Shown: positions 40,401 to 53,457, numbered from the stretch's first letter. The stretch: 64,000 nucleotides of DNA from Tricharina praecox (GCF_024521635.1 NW_026250408.1:1116001-1180000); one strand, 5' to 3'. The notes: a model not told the origin generated them from the sequence alone. Translations and numbers: made by a program.

Positions 40401-40618
40401 CCGCCGCCCAGGCTGGTCCCGCGGGTCAGGCAGGCGAGGGCGTCTTCGCGGGCATGGCTAGGAATATGCGCGAGCGCACAGAGAAGCTGAGTTTTACTAC
40501 CGACACGATGGATCGGCTTGAAGAGAGTAGCGCGAGCTTTGCGGAGGATGTTAGTAAGTATGTCAGTTCGCAGAAGAAGAAGGCGATCCTTGGGGGGATT
40601 ACGGGGAAGTGGTTTTAG
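37426..40618 (+). CDS. SRO7: Sro7/Sro77 lethal-giant-larvae (tomosyn) family WD40 protein
   Basis: LAYDPVQSLLAVGT, LALHPKDVGTLLIAY, VIALKMSDVGFCAVGY..LDMRGPAVI, PPSRPTISNLQWLAGTQY, C-terminal SNARE-like helix. Three introns. Confidence 0.92.
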
Positions 40619-40975
40619 ACTGGAGATGGGGAGGAGATGGATGGAATGGATGGAATGGGCGGTGTTGGTTTCGTTGACTTGATACCCCTGAGAAGCTGTT
40701 ATTCAATGATTAGAATGTACCAAGTGATCGTAATACATCTCGATCTACATAACTCTGGCAACGGTGACTTCGAAGTAGAACTGCCACCACCGCCACCACC
40801 GATTTCATGGCACTCTCATCTACGGGCTGTATTATATAGCAACATCACACTATATAGCAACATCACTCACCCTTGCCAGGTGCTCGTGATACCTATCAAC
40901 AATTGCACCCCCCACATCTACCACGCCCACCACGCCCTCCCTCCCTCCAGACTCCACAGCCTACACCATCTAAGT

Positions 40976-41891
40976 CTAAGTCTGAGTCTGAGTCTTCATC
41001 TGCTCCACAACCCACGCCACCACCTCCCCCAAGCCCCTCACGCTCACACTCGGCGTCCCCAGCCCATCACTCCACCCGCTCCCCTCGCGGTCGACCCAAA
41101 CCGCAAGCATGCCCACACTCCTTGCGCCCACGATGTCAAACGGATTCGCACTGACGAGGACCGCGCTGCTCGCCCCACCAGCACCAGTACCAGCGGGCAC
41201 TCCCAGCTCCCTAAGCAGATGCGTATACGCCGCGGGATGGGGTTTGAAGCACTTCCCTGTCCCCCCACCCACACCGTCACCAGCGCTGTCAACGCTGATA
41301 CAGCGCAACTCCCACAGCTCACCCAGCCCACCCAGCCCCTCACCGTTCTTACTTGCAGCAGCAGTGGCAGCAGCAGTGGCAGCGCGAAACTGCGCCTCAG
41401 TCCCGTTCGTGAACACTACCGCATCAACCACAGCTTCCTCCCCGCCCCCGCTCTTGCGCACTGCGGCTAGCGTAGCCAGCGCATCCAGCAGTGCTGCTAC
41501 GTCGTCGAACGGAGCCAGTTGATCGTACGCGGCCAGCACGTCTTCCACCGCTGCGGGGGAGAGGGTCACGTTTGCGCTGTGCAGTGCGTCGAGGAGCGAG
41601 AGGCGGGTGACGGTTGAGAAGGGGATGTATTTCTCTGTCCTCAATACGAACACTAGTCAGCCGGGGGGGCGGGGGGTGAGAGGGGGAGCGGGGGAAAGGA
41701 CCCATAGAGTTCAGCCGCCAGGTGTACTCCAGCTGGAGTTTGCGCCAGTCTGTGGTAATCGTGTCTGCGAGCGTGGAGCGGTGCGGGGTGTCGGGGAGGT
41801 GCGAGGCGAGTTTTGGTGCTATCGAGGAGGTGGACAGGAGCGTGCCGTAGAGGTCGATTGCGAGGATTTTCTTGGGGGTTAGGAGCGACAT
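40976..41891 (-). CDS. Haloacid dehalogenase type II-like hydrolase
   Basis: ILAIDLYGTLL, WRKLQLEYTWRLNSM, intron 41701-41635, VVFTNGT, FKPHPAAY, LVSANPFDIVGARSVGM. Confidence 0.9.
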
Positions 41892-42104
41892 TGTTGTGGA
41901 TCATGTGTTGGGGAATTGGGGGTGGGTTAGGAGGTGGGTTTTTATATATGTGCAGAGCGCTCGGGGGAATGGATGGCGTTCACATCGAGATGAGGTAGGT
42001 ACAACTAGCTGCTACATAGCTGCAATGGGAAATGTGGGGTATGATTAACTATAGCGGGGTGATCTGCGGCAGACCAAGATCTACATAGATGAGCTACATG
42101 CGGA

Positions 42105-44897
42105 CTAAATGCTGCCCTCCCTGCTCATAGCCCTACTACTCCTCTTGCCATCACCGTCATCATCATCACCAAACGCCAGCAGTCCATCGCCCACATCAAA
42201 CACTCCCTCCGCCCAGCGACAAAACATCTCTCCGTCCCAGGGGACCTCCGGATTCCTCGGTCGGCGGCCCTTACTGATAAACACCTCCTCATAGTACTCA
42301 TTATAGCTCTCGATGACGCCCTCCATCACGGCGCCCACCAGCGTCTCGCCCGTGCGGCGGTCGTCAATGTACTCCAGCACCTTGCGCCGCATGACCGGCA
42401 CCTCCCTTTCGACAGCAGTCTTGACACGTGCCGCCGGGTCGGGAGAGTCTGCGGCAGCGAGCCGATTGGACGCGCCCTTGATCCCCTCGGTCATGCGGCT
42501 GCGCCAGTGCGAGACGAAGGACTCGATCGCTGTGCGGAGTCGCAGGTCGAGCTCCGTCTTCGCGTCGAGCATGGACGCAATGACTTTCGGCATGGCGGCA
42601 GTTTTGACGAGAGTGAATAGGCCGCCGGGCGAGAACAGGGAGCCGGCGGTGCGCAGCGACGAGAAAGTCCCCGTGATGGTCGAGAAATCGATGTTGACAT
42701 CGGGCTGGTGCGAGAACTCGATATCGAAGGCGACCAGCTGCTCTTTTAGCAGGAGCAGATGGCGGATAAGGAAGAGCTGGCTGTCGGCGAGATCGCTTTT
42801 GGATTTGGCGAGGGATTGTGAGGCGAGGACGAGGGAAATGGTCGTCGAGTGGACGATTTGGTGTGCGAGGTCGTCGAAAACTACGCTGTTCACTAGTCGG
42901 TAGATCTTGGAGAGCAACCATATGCATTTCCGGAGAGTCGGGTACCAGCCCGTGAACATTGTCTCCGTGTCGAAAGAACCCTCGACGATGCTAGGATCGT
43001 TCGGTAGTGGCGAGTTCCCGCCAGATGCTGCGCTCGACCTCCGTCGAAGCTGATTGCATTTGGCGGGGTAGTCCAAGTCTTCCGGTTTCGGGGTGAAGTA
43101 TTCGATTTCGTCACGTATAATGCTGGAAGTGCGGAACACAATGCGGGTTTGGGTATCTTGTAGGGTCTCTTTGATTAGCTGGCCAAAGTCCAGCTGGGAG
43201 CGGTCGAATGGATCGATATCAGCTATCATGAGTCCGTCAGTGAACTGGTTACCAGGATAGCGGGGCAATGGGACATACGGTCTTCGAGGTCACGCATGTA
43301 TCGCGTCTGTAGCAGGGTGCACAGCTCACAAAGCTTCACCAGATTATTCTCATGAATTATTTTTGGTCGTATGTAATCGTAAAGGGGCTCGCAAATTGTC
43401 TCCAGAAAGTTGCTGCGAGAGTTAGCATCGGCCACTTGAGACGAACGACTTCCACTTACTAAACCTCCTCATCTCCCCGCTCACCTGCAAAGTATGCGTA
43501 AAAGAGCTCAAACTCATCCAGACAGATGCTCCGGGTAAAACTTATCGCGCTCCGTGCGAAAGCGAGAAGATCTTTGCTGGTGGACGTTCCGGCAGCGGAA
43601 AGCTCTTGCATCCGCTTCGTGATTACGGGCAGTATCAGTTTCTGCCGGACTGAAGCGTAGCATGAGTAACACTCATTGAGCAAAGACACATATCTATTCC
43701 GAATAAGCACGCCAACCCAGCCAACGTTACGAGTAGATGAGGGCGGTACTCTTCATGTCCACACCGCTTCTCAATCTCATACACGATGTCCCTCAACTGC
43801 GGTGCATTGATTCGGAACTTAGCATTTTGCGCTGAATCATTCATCTGGCGCTGCTTCATCTTCTCCATGACCTCATTCGCCACCTCTTTCATGCTCGACA
43901 CAAAGTAGTTGCGGATCAACGTCAACGCCCTGGTCATGCACTGTCTGAATCTCGGTGCATACGACTCTACGTCCTTGAATGATCGGTGCGCGGGATCATT
44001 CATCCAGTCGAGACAATGGTCTAGCCGTACCAGCATCTCGCGGAACGACTGCGTCTTGACAAAGTCGGAGCCGGGGCGAGCAAGCACCCGCGTTATCGGT
44101 TCCAGCTCTGTAAAGGGTTGAAGATTGGTTGCCACGGAATCGGCGAGCATTTGCAGTCGGCTCTGGTCGGCGAGGAGTGATGAGCATGACGCCTGGAAGG
44201 CGGATGTCTGGGCATCAACGGTGATGAAGGAGCTCTTCAAGTCGTTCAGGATAGCGAGCGCGTCGTCGGTCGAGGAAACAAGGTTATTGCAGGTAGTCAG
44301 ATGCGATTCGAGCACCGAATGGAATAGCCTGTATCGCGTGTGTCAATTCCCATCGCCCTCGTCGCGAGTAGCAGCAACGCCATACCGGTACTCCTCATTG
44401 GACGCATCCTCAAGCTGTTCCTCAAGCTCCCCATACCAGTCGGCAAAGTCTAGCTCATCCTGAATGTGGGACACATCCACTGTTGCTTTCCCATTACCCT
44501 TCCTACGCCCGTACCGCGACGCTTTCAGTTCATACACATCATTCCTCGACTTGGGTCTCGGCGGGGGCGCGTCCTCAGTAGCAGCGACACCCCCGTCACG
44601 CGGTACCACAAACTCAGTGTGTCGGAGGTTGCTGAGCGATTTCGGTCTTCGGGGGACATCGGCGACGGGAAGAGCGGGCATAGGTTTCCGAGCTTGCGGT
44701 TTCTTATGAGCATTCGACGACGTTCTTTCCTACACTAGCACGATTAGGTGTGTGTGGCTCCAAGCAACGAATGACGGACGCACCAGCGACGGCCGAGGCG
44801 AGTGTGTCCTCAATTCATCTTTGCGGAGCTTGGAGGCTGCTGCCGGTTCGGGAGTGGGAGCGGAGCTCGGTGTGTGGTACCAATGGTCGTCGAACAT
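42105..44897 (-). CDS. COG3: Conserved oligomeric Golgi complex subunit 3 (Sec34)
   Basis: FADWYGELEEQL, YAPRFRQCMTRALTLIRNYF, FLETICEPLYDYIRPKIIHE, LQDTQTRIVFR, WYPTLRKCIWLLSKIYRLV, LFLIRHLLLLKEQL across about 6 exons. Confidence 0.92.
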
Positions 44898-45191
44898 CGT
44901 GGTGGTGCTGGTGGCAGTTCTGGAGCTCTGAGGATAATCACCAGGGTACCTTTCTCGCTCGCTCTCGTGTGGTGGGGTTGGAGACGAACCGAACACGGGA
45001 TTCACCGGGTAATAACGCTAATATCAACCCATGTCCTCATTGTTGAGGTCATTACTCGCCTTTTTAAGCGTCTCCAATCTTTCCACAGCACCAATTCTCC
45101 GGACTTCGAAGACAAGAAAGAAGCCCTGTGAGTCGTTTCAATTGCACTGGTCAAAAACTCAGGCCTAATTCCTCCTTTAGGAGCAATCAAA

Positions 45192-47026
45192 ATGTTTAAG
45201 CCCAACCCGTCCGCCATCCGGACACTGGCACTGTCCTCCCGATCCCTCCTCCGTCCACAGGCCTCTAGCGCTCGACGATGGCTGCATGCTCAGGCACAGA
45301 ATACGACTCGGACGAACACAAAATTTCTGGTTGCAGCTGCTGCCGGAACGCTCGCGGGCTTCGTAGCATACCAGGGACTCGAGATCGGCGGTGATGTCCA
45401 TGCAGAAGCACGTACTGCTCCTGGGGAGCAGACGATGAATCTCAGTTTGCAGCATCTGCAAGTTGAGAGTGCGCTCGCGAATCCTGGAGTCTATGCTTGG
45501 GGCGATAATAGGTGAGAGGCCAATTGTGGCTCTTGAGTTCGACCTCTGACGGTGTCCAGTGGTAAGGTGATTGCATCGGATTCGAAGGAGAAGGTTATCA
45601 AGACTCCTCGACGACTGCCGTTCTTTGATGGTATCCTCTTGAGAGATCTTCAGTTGGGTCAAGATGCTGGTGGTATGTATCCTCGTTCTGCTGTAGGACC
45701 TAATTGCAGACACTAAGCCGAGCAGTGGCCGTCAACGACAAGGGAGATGTCCTGCAGTGGGGCAATGGCTACTCCACTGGAATCCAAACACCAGAGCCCA
45801 CCCTCAAAGGCAAAAACATCGAGCGGGTTGTTCTGACCAAAGACAAAGTCATCGCCCTGTCTAAAGACAAGACAATCTACACCTTCCCCATTGCCAAAGC
45901 GCTCCAGCACGACGGCACGAAGGTCACCGAATCGTCCTGGATACCTGGAATGAGCTCCACTTCCGACATCGCCTACCGCGTTCTGAAGCCCGAGCTCGGC
46001 TACTTCGAGACTATCAAGGACATTGCTGCTGGCCGCGAGCACCTTCTAGTCCTTACCTCCAACGGCCGCGTCTTTTCCTCGGCCGCTGCATTCATCTACC
46101 CTTCGCGCGGCCAAATGGGAATTCCCGGGCTCCGTTGGGAAACCCGGCCAGCCGGCAAGCCCGCCGACACCCTCCAGGAGATCACCTCCCTGGGCTTGCA
46201 TAAGATCTCCCAGATCGCCGCTGGCGACTACCACTCCGCCGCTCTCTCCACCACCGGCGAGGTCTTCACCTTCGGTGACAACGTCCACGGCCAGCTCGGC
46301 TTTGAATACAACCCCGAGACCAACATCTACGACGTCCCCACACAGCTCACCCTTACGCCCCTCTACCCCGCCAAATCCACCACCGCAAAGATCACCTCCA
46401 TCACCGCCGGCGGCCTGAACACCTATCTGCAGGTTGACGTCACCGCCGCCAACAACCGTACCTCGAGCGAAGTCCTCTCCTGCGGCACCGGTATCTACGG
46501 AAACCTCGGCAATGGCCGCTGGACGCACATGCAGGGCACGCCCACGAAGATCAAGGCGCTCAGCAACCTTTACGAGTTCAACGAGACCACGCAATCCACC
46601 GAACCGATCCGCCTCAGCGCGCTCCTTGCAGGCGCCACCCACGCCGCAGCAATCATGTCGACCTCCGCTACTTCAGATTTCGGTGCCGACGTCCTGCTGT
46701 GGGGCAATAACGAGTTCTACCAGCTCGGCACAGGCAAGAGGAATAACTCCAGTGTCCCCGTGTATATCCAGCCGCTGGACGGTGTTCCCGCTACGATACT
46801 CGCGGATACTAAGGCGTTCACGGGTAGCAGCAGTCGTGGTGAGAGCGCAAGACAGAGTGGTATCATTGGCGGTGCGGGAGATACGGAGAGTGCGAGGATT
46901 ACCGGCGGCGAACAGGTACACAGATTCCAGATCGCGAGCCATGGGAAGACGAAGGATGGAAAGAAAACGGCGCAGACGGTCGTTTGTGGACGTGGGAACT
47001 CGGCAGTGTTTATGAAGGCCTTGTAG
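45192..47026 (+). CDS. FMP25: Mitochondrial RCC1-repeat protein Fmp25
   Basis: Exons 45192-45511, 45560-45672, 45726-47026. Presequence plus TM; QHLQV..NPGVYAWGDN; RCC1 repeats (IAAGREHLLVLTSNGRVF, IAAGDYHS..GEVFTFGDNVHGQLG, WGNNEFYQLGTGKRNN). Confidence 0.85.
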
Positions 47027-47271
47027 AAAGAGGAAAAGGCAACTTTCCGTTAAGTGTATCATAGCTTGTAAAACGTAGTGTATTATATGAATCGATTTTA
47101 CTTCTAGCATCAAGGTGACAATATCGGGCCATCCCGAGTTCTGCATGACTCACTGGGAACCTCAGCTTTTCTCGTGAATTTCTGTTTCGATAGCACTTAA
47201 CTGTGAATGCCCTCCAATTCTCCCATCCCCACTCATCCGCAATCCAACCCAAAACCGCCCCCTACCCCCTC

Positions 47272-48048
47272 CTAACCCCTCCTAACCCCCCACTTCTGCC
47301 TCCCCACCCAAGTAGCCCACTTCTTCACATCCTCCCTCTCAACCAACAACTCGACAGTATGAAAGCTCCTCGCGAGCTCCTCATTCGTCGCGATCCTATG
47401 CACCATACTATGGCAAGGCCTACACAGCCAGGCGACGGAGCCGAGCATATCCTCGTTATGCCAGCCGCGCTTGATGACCTTCTTATGCACCTCCCTCGGG
47501 ATGAGGTGATGGTAGGTCAGCGGCACGTCGCGCTCACAGATCTCGCACTCCGTGGCGCGTGTGTGGCTCCATACCGGTGGTGGTGCTTGCGCCGCCGCCA
47601 CGTACTCGTCGAGTATGCTCTGCAGCAGCGTGGTGCCCGATGATGCGCTGCCGACGAGCGAGTATGACTCCAGCGTGTCCAGCAGCGTCGGCGGGAAGTT
47701 GGGCGTTGGCAAAGACGCGGGCGAGGAGTGGCTCATGGTCTGTAGCGGCGGAGGCAGCGAGCTGAATAGCTCCGTGCTTAGGTACTAAGACTTCGTCAGT
47801 GTCTCTCAGACGTCGTCGATGGGGAGGAAGGCGGGGGGGAAGCGTACGTCGATAAACTCCGCGAGCTCCTCCGCGTCATCCCCGTTGCCGACGCTGATGG
47901 GGTCGGAGACGGGCTTGTGTTTGGTCCGCTTCTTGCCGGCGCCGCCGCTGGACGCGTCGGGCGGCGCGGCACGAAGGATTATCGGCGCGGACATGCATTC
48001 GCGTAGAATTGCGAAGTTGCTATTGGCGGTGGTGGCATCGGTGGACAT
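47272..48048 (-). CDS. Conserved protein with HNH-like zinc-binding domain (YisB-like)
   Basis: Intron 47847-47785 joins ELAEFID to YLSTELF. Motif CEICERDVPLTYHHLIPREVH...AWLCRPCHSMVH. Confidence 0.8.
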
Positions 48049-48488
48049 TATGCGTGGTTTGCCGCATGCGGTGCTGGACTATCTACATTGCGGGGTGGTG
48101 GGGGACTTAAAGCTCTCACCCGTGGGCTGTGATGGCTGAGGTGGTGATATCATCACGATGAGTCTTGTAGCATCACCGTCACCATTCTGAGACATCGAAT
48201 ACAACCTATCCCTCCGCGCAAGCACAGCCTCACGAACGAATACGAGATTGAGTAAATCCTCCATTCCTTTTTTTCCAGCCCAGTAAAAAGTATGTAAAGA
48301 ACTCCCCAACTCCAACAAAGAAGCCCTTTTTTGTCTGTGGATATCGAGCCCGTCCCCTACTTCGCACGTGCGCAATGGCTGTTGCTTTTCCCGCCCAAGG
48401 AAACTAAGAAGTACTATGTACAATGCCTGATATCGACGACCCCAATTCCAACACAAAACATCGCTCGCGTGTCGCTGTGACGATAGTT

Positions 48489-49517
48489 TTAAACCGCCTG
48501 TTCGAAGCCGCGCCTGATGACATTCTGGAACTCTGCACACCAGTTCTATCAGCTCAATCCGCGCAAGACGAAGGGGACAACCTACGGTTAAAAGCAACGT
48601 TCTCGCGGAACACAGTCGTCTTCGCCTCGTTCTCCTTATTAAGTGGGACCTTGACGACGTCGTCCTCGAGGGTCCAGCCGTATTGGCCGACAACCTCCGC
48701 CAGATTGTCCTCGTTGACGTTAAGCCAACCCTGGGCAATATCCTTCTTGACTTCGCGGGCGATCATGCTTGTCTGCAGGGCGATTCCATCACGCATGATG
48801 TCCTCGAAGCCGGCGCAGTCGACGATGAGATCGGCAAACAGGTCCTCGTTTTCGAAGGCGGTCCAGAACTCGCGGTAGGCGCCGGACTCGATCAGCTCGT
48901 TCAGCTGGGCGAGCTTACGGACGGCCTCGGAGAGCGCATCGGTCGCCGTCTTGGGGTCGAGGATGTTTGGCGGCAGAAGGTGGAGGCACAGGCTGAAGTC
49001 CGGTGACGGGAAGATGGTAAGCGCTTTTACGAGGATGTTGGTGATGGTCTCTTCTTTGGTGAGGTGGGGGTTGAACTGGTAGCTGTAGGTTTTGCGCGGC
49101 AATCCATGGTCAGCATGAGATCCTTCGCTTTCCAACGAACAGCTCATAGAAGATGAATTTTGACATATCAAAGCTCCCAATCAGAGAAAACAGTTCGCTT
49201 CATGTTGCAAGGGGCGTTACTCCCTCGTTCAGGTAATAGGAAACGTTGACGTGATGCTCATCATTTGACCCCGCACTCCCGGATCCACCCCTCCGTCTCC
49301 CATATCTTCAAATCTACACAACGGAAAAGAGAGCGTCCAAAACTCACAGCTTCAACAGCGCCAGATTCGCCAACGCATCGTACGTCCGGTTCTCGCACTG
49401 GAACTGCACGTAGTCCTGGAACGTTGAGACCGTCTCGGGGTTGTATCTATCGAGACCGGCAAGAATGCCATCGATGTGCTCTGGTCTCGATTCGGCGGGT
49501 ATGGGCTGGGTCGTCAT
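48489..49517 (-). CDS. eIF3k: Translation initiation factor 3 subunit K
   Basis: [72 protein letters not shown]; stop TAA 48489-48491. Intron 1 (49347-49083) is unusually long at 265 nt. Confidence 0.93.
49177..49268 (-). ncRNA. Intronic box C/D snoRNA
   Basis: Minus strand: C box ATGATGA (49264-49258), D' box CTGA (49232-49229), internal hairpin, C'-like ATGAAG, D box CTGA (49184-49181), short terminal stem TCAA/TTGG. Located in eIF3k intron 1. Confidence 0.8.
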
Positions 49518-49913
49518 CTCGTCTTTTGAGCGTGCGTGTTTGCGATCAAGGTGGGCGGGTTCTTGATACTGGCGGGGCTGCTCGTTTGGTGGTTGAAGAC
49601 TGTCGCGGTTGTTGGTGAAGGTGCGGTTTCACTAACACCAAATCTTCATTTATCGGCGAGGGCTTAGCCCTTAGTTGGGTTGATTGCCACCATAGAAGGA
49701 AAGGTTCGTTTTCTGCCGCCCGGCCCACCCCGCATTTTGAGCCTCACCCGCCCTGCTCGGCCTCGGAGGAATTAGGTGATCATTCAATGCGCGTCTCGGC
49801 ATGGGGGGGCCCTCTAGGCCCCGACTTACGATCGCATTTATAAGGACCACAGAAGAGCTCATATACGATAGTCTGTTTCCCCCGCGTCAACACCTACCAC
49901 CACACAGAAAACC

Positions 49914-50468
49914 ATGACCGTCCGCGCCCCCCGCCCCACCGTCGCCGGCCCCGAATTCGGCCCCGAGTCTCCCTTCCCGCTGCGCCTCTCCGGGCCCGTA
50001 ATCAAAGGCTTCGGCCGAGGCTCCAAGGAGCTGCAGATCCCGACCGCCAACATTCCCATCTCCGGCCTGTCGGTCGGCGGGTGCTCCGAAATCGAGTCGG
50101 GCGTGTACTTCGGCCTCGCATCGCTCAATCTTCCCGCCACCGATACGCGGCCGAAGGTATTTCCAATGGTCATGTCGATCGGTTGGAATCCATTCTACAG
50201 GAACGCCGTCCGCAGCGTCGAGGTGCATATCATCCACGACTTTGCGGAGGACTTCTACGGCGTTGAGATGCGGCTACTGGTGCTTGGGTGGATTAGACCC
50301 GAGCTGGACTACGTCTCTAAGGATGCGCTTATTGAGGACATCAAAACGGACATCCGTGTTGGGCTGGAGAGCCTCAAGAGGGAGACGTATAAGAAGTTCG
50401 AGAGTGATCCGTATCTTTTTGAGTTCGGGGATGCGGGGGTGAAGGAGGAGAACGGTGAGAAGTTGTGA
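49914..50468 (+). CDS. FMN1: Riboflavin kinase
   Basis: GPVIKGFGRGSKELQIPTANI, GVYFG, MVMSIGWNPFY, EVHIIHDFAEDFYG, IRPELDY. Confidence 0.96.
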   Translation: MTVRAPRPTVAGPEFGPESPFPLRLSGPVIKGFGRGSKELQIPTANIPISGLSVGGCSEIESGVYFGLASLNLPATDTRPKVFPMVMSIGWNPFYRNAVRSVEVHIIHDFAEDFYGVEMRLLVLGWIRPELDYVSKDALIEDIKTDIRVGLESLKRETYKKFESDPYLFEFGDAGVKEENGEKL

Positions 50469-50722
50469 GATGGGGGGATGAGGGATCCATGGTGTAGGAT
50501 ATGCTTCATTTTCTTGCGTTTACACTTAGAAATTTGGTATTTGTTTTTGGGTTTCTCGCTGCTTCGATACTGTGTCCGCGGGTTTTAGGCTATGGGATTG
50601 GCGTATAGTTTTGGAATCTCATGTAAATTCACTTGATCTCATTGAAGCAATTTCGTGACGACGGATTGGTGCAATCGACAGATGACGAAACACGCTCCTT
50701 GTTTATTTTCCCACGCCCGTCT

Positions 50723-50768
50723 ACCAAAACAATACATGTCTAACCACCAAAACAATACATGTCTAACC
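50723..50768. repeat. Perfect 23-bp tandem duplication just downstream of the iPGM stop codon
   Basis: accaaaacaatacatgtctaacc occurs twice (50723-50745, 50746-50768). Confidence 0.9.
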
Positions 50769-50770
50769 GT

Positions 50771-52533
50771 CTAAGCCTTAACCAGCAAGCTCCTTCCAGT
50801 CATAGCCTCCGGCTGGGTCAATCCCATAACTGCCAGCAGGGTTGGCGCAACATCACCGAGGACACCGCCCTTCTTATCCAGACTCCAGCCCTCGGGAGCA
50901 TTCGCCATCACGAACGGAACCTTGTTGACTGTGTGTGCAGTCTTCGGCTTGCCCTCCTCGTTCAGCATCTCCTCGGCGTTGCCGTGGTCAGCTGTGATGA
51001 AGAGGACGTAGCCGTGCTGCTTGCAAGCCTCGAGGACGGTTCCAATCGCCTTGTCGGTAGCAGCGACGGCGATGACAGCAGCGTCGTAGACTCCAGTGTG
51101 ACCAACCATGTCCTGAGTTTGTTAGTTGGTAGGAATAAAGTGACGGGGAAGGTGGGCTTACAGGAGGAGCAAAGTTGTTCATGACGAGGTCGAACGAATT
51201 CTCGCCAATACGCTCAGCCATCTTGTCAGCGACCTTCTGGGCGCTCATCTCCGGCTGCAGATCGTAGGTAGCGACACGAGGAGACGAGATCATATCTCTG
51301 ATCTCGTTCTCGAACTGCTTCTCGACACCACCGTTGAAGAAGAACGTGACATGCGCGTACTTCTCGGTCTCGGCGATGTGGCACTGGCTTGCACCCTGCT
51401 TGGCCAGACATTCGGCGAGAACATCATCCATACGCTGGGGAGGGAAGGCAACACTGAATGGGTAGTCGGCTTTGTACTGCGTCATGGTCGTGATGTGCAG
51501 ATTCTTGGGAAGGGTGAACTCGCTGTCGGGGAGGTAGGAACTATCGACGCCGAGAAGGAGGGTGATCTCGCGGACACGGTCAGCGCGGTAGTTGAAGAAG
51601 AAGCAGGTGTCGTTGTCTATATGGCTTCGTCAGTATGGTGATAACAGTTAAGGGTACTTCAGACAAACCCTTGAGTCTTCCATCATCACCGTTGACGATG
51701 ATGGGCTTGAAGAACTCATCGTTCTCGCCCTGTTCGTATTTCTCCTTGATCGTTGCCAGGGGATCCTCAGAGGCTACTCCCTCCCCGGAGACGAGACCCT
51801 TCAGAGCGATCTGAACGCGGTCCCACCGCTTATCTCTGTCCATAGCATAGTACCTATATAAAACGAATCAGTATCAAAGGGCCTCCCATCCACAAACGGG
51901 ACACTCACCTTCCAACAACAGTCGCGATTTTCGCAACACCCTCCATCTCCAATTCCTTGATCTTATCCAAAAGCTCCTGCATATATCTCGCCGAGCTCTT
52001 GGGGTCGGTATCACGACCATCACCAAAGAAGTGAATGTACACGCTCGGAATCTCCATCTTCTTCGCCGTCCTAAGCAGCTCGTAAAGATGAGCATTGTGG
52101 GAGTGGACACCGCCGTCAGAGATCAGTCCGAGGAGGTGGAGGCGTCCATTCCCGTCCTTCGCGTGCTGGAACGACGCGCGCAGGTTCTCGGTGTTGATGA
52201 AGTCTCCCTGCTTCATGGTCTGATCGATGCGCACAACATCTTGCCAAACGACACGTCCGGCGCCGATGTTCAAGTGGCCGACTTCGCTGTTGCCCATGAG
52301 GCCCTCCGGGAGACCGACAGCGAGGGAGGATGCCTCGAGCTCGGAGTAGCCGGACGTCGTACGGAAGGAATCCATCACGGGGGTCTCGGCGGCAGAGATA
52401 GCATCGCCGGGCTGGTTGGGCGTGGATGCAACGCCCCAGCCGTCGATGACAACTACGATGGATTAGCACTCCTGTCGTCTGTGAGGGTCAGTAAAATGAG
52501 GGGCATACTCAGAGCAGCCTTGTGGTCAACCAT
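50771..52533 (-). CDS. gpmI: 2,3-bisphosphoglycerate-independent phosphoglycerate mutase (iPGM)
   Basis: VVIDGWG, GLMGNSEVGHLNIGAGR, SDGGVHSH, DGRDTDP, YAMDRDKRW, FFNYRADR, AETEKYAHVTFFFNGG, DMVGHTG, ITADHGNAE, GDVAPT. Confidence 0.96.
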
Positions 52534-53457
52534 TTTATGCGCGGAATGGAAAGAAGAATTCGAAATCTAATCGCTGAAGAAGAAGAGTCGAAGAATGGGA
52601 GGCACGGGCTAGGTTTTAAAGGCGCAGAAAGGAGGCAATCTATCGGTCTATCCTTTATCTCACTATGCAGACAGTAGTTCTGCGGAAGCGGCGGGTGGCA
52701 GTGGTGGGAGGTTTGCAATGTGGGATGATGGATGGCGGGGTTGTTTCAACTCAACAATAATCCATGACATCGTTTGGTGGGGCCCTGGCCAAATCGATGA
52801 TGTGAGGGAGATTGCTATCGCGCTACGTAATAGACGGTTCGATTTCTTCTCGGCGAGGGCTTTTACTATGATTCGCCGTCTTCTCCTGCTTCTTCTGAAG
52901 AGGACTCGCCGGGAAATCTACGACGAACGAAATTCTGGCTCCCGTCCTGATCTGATCAGAGATACCCGAGGGGAGCCAAAATAAGGAAGGGCGGTAATAT
53001 CTCGGGACGAGACCAATGACATCTCTCCTCGGTTGGGCGTGCGTCAATCGCGCGCACCGGTGCCGGGAATTCACCGCGCGTTCCGAATCTTCCGACATCT
53101 GTACCACTTTGTAGAGCGATAGATTAGATTCTCCTCACCAAGGCTGAGATGCCTCACTTGCCCTGGCGATTCGACTTGGTGGGGTGGTGGGGGTGAGGGC
53201 GGCCAAGAAAGCACGCTAGCGCTAGTGGAGCTCACAACGACCCGCCGAGCTTCATCCCACTCTTCTTCTTCTTCTTTACCAAACCTTTTGAGATACAACC
53301 ACTTTCGAGAAACGTACAACCTTCGCGAATAAAACACGATCTACAACTACGCCTCTTTACACTCGATCCTCTTCGGCAATCCTCTACAACCACGACCCTC
53401 AACACGACCTCATCTACCGGCCACACCACAATTCCCACGACGATCACATCGCACACA

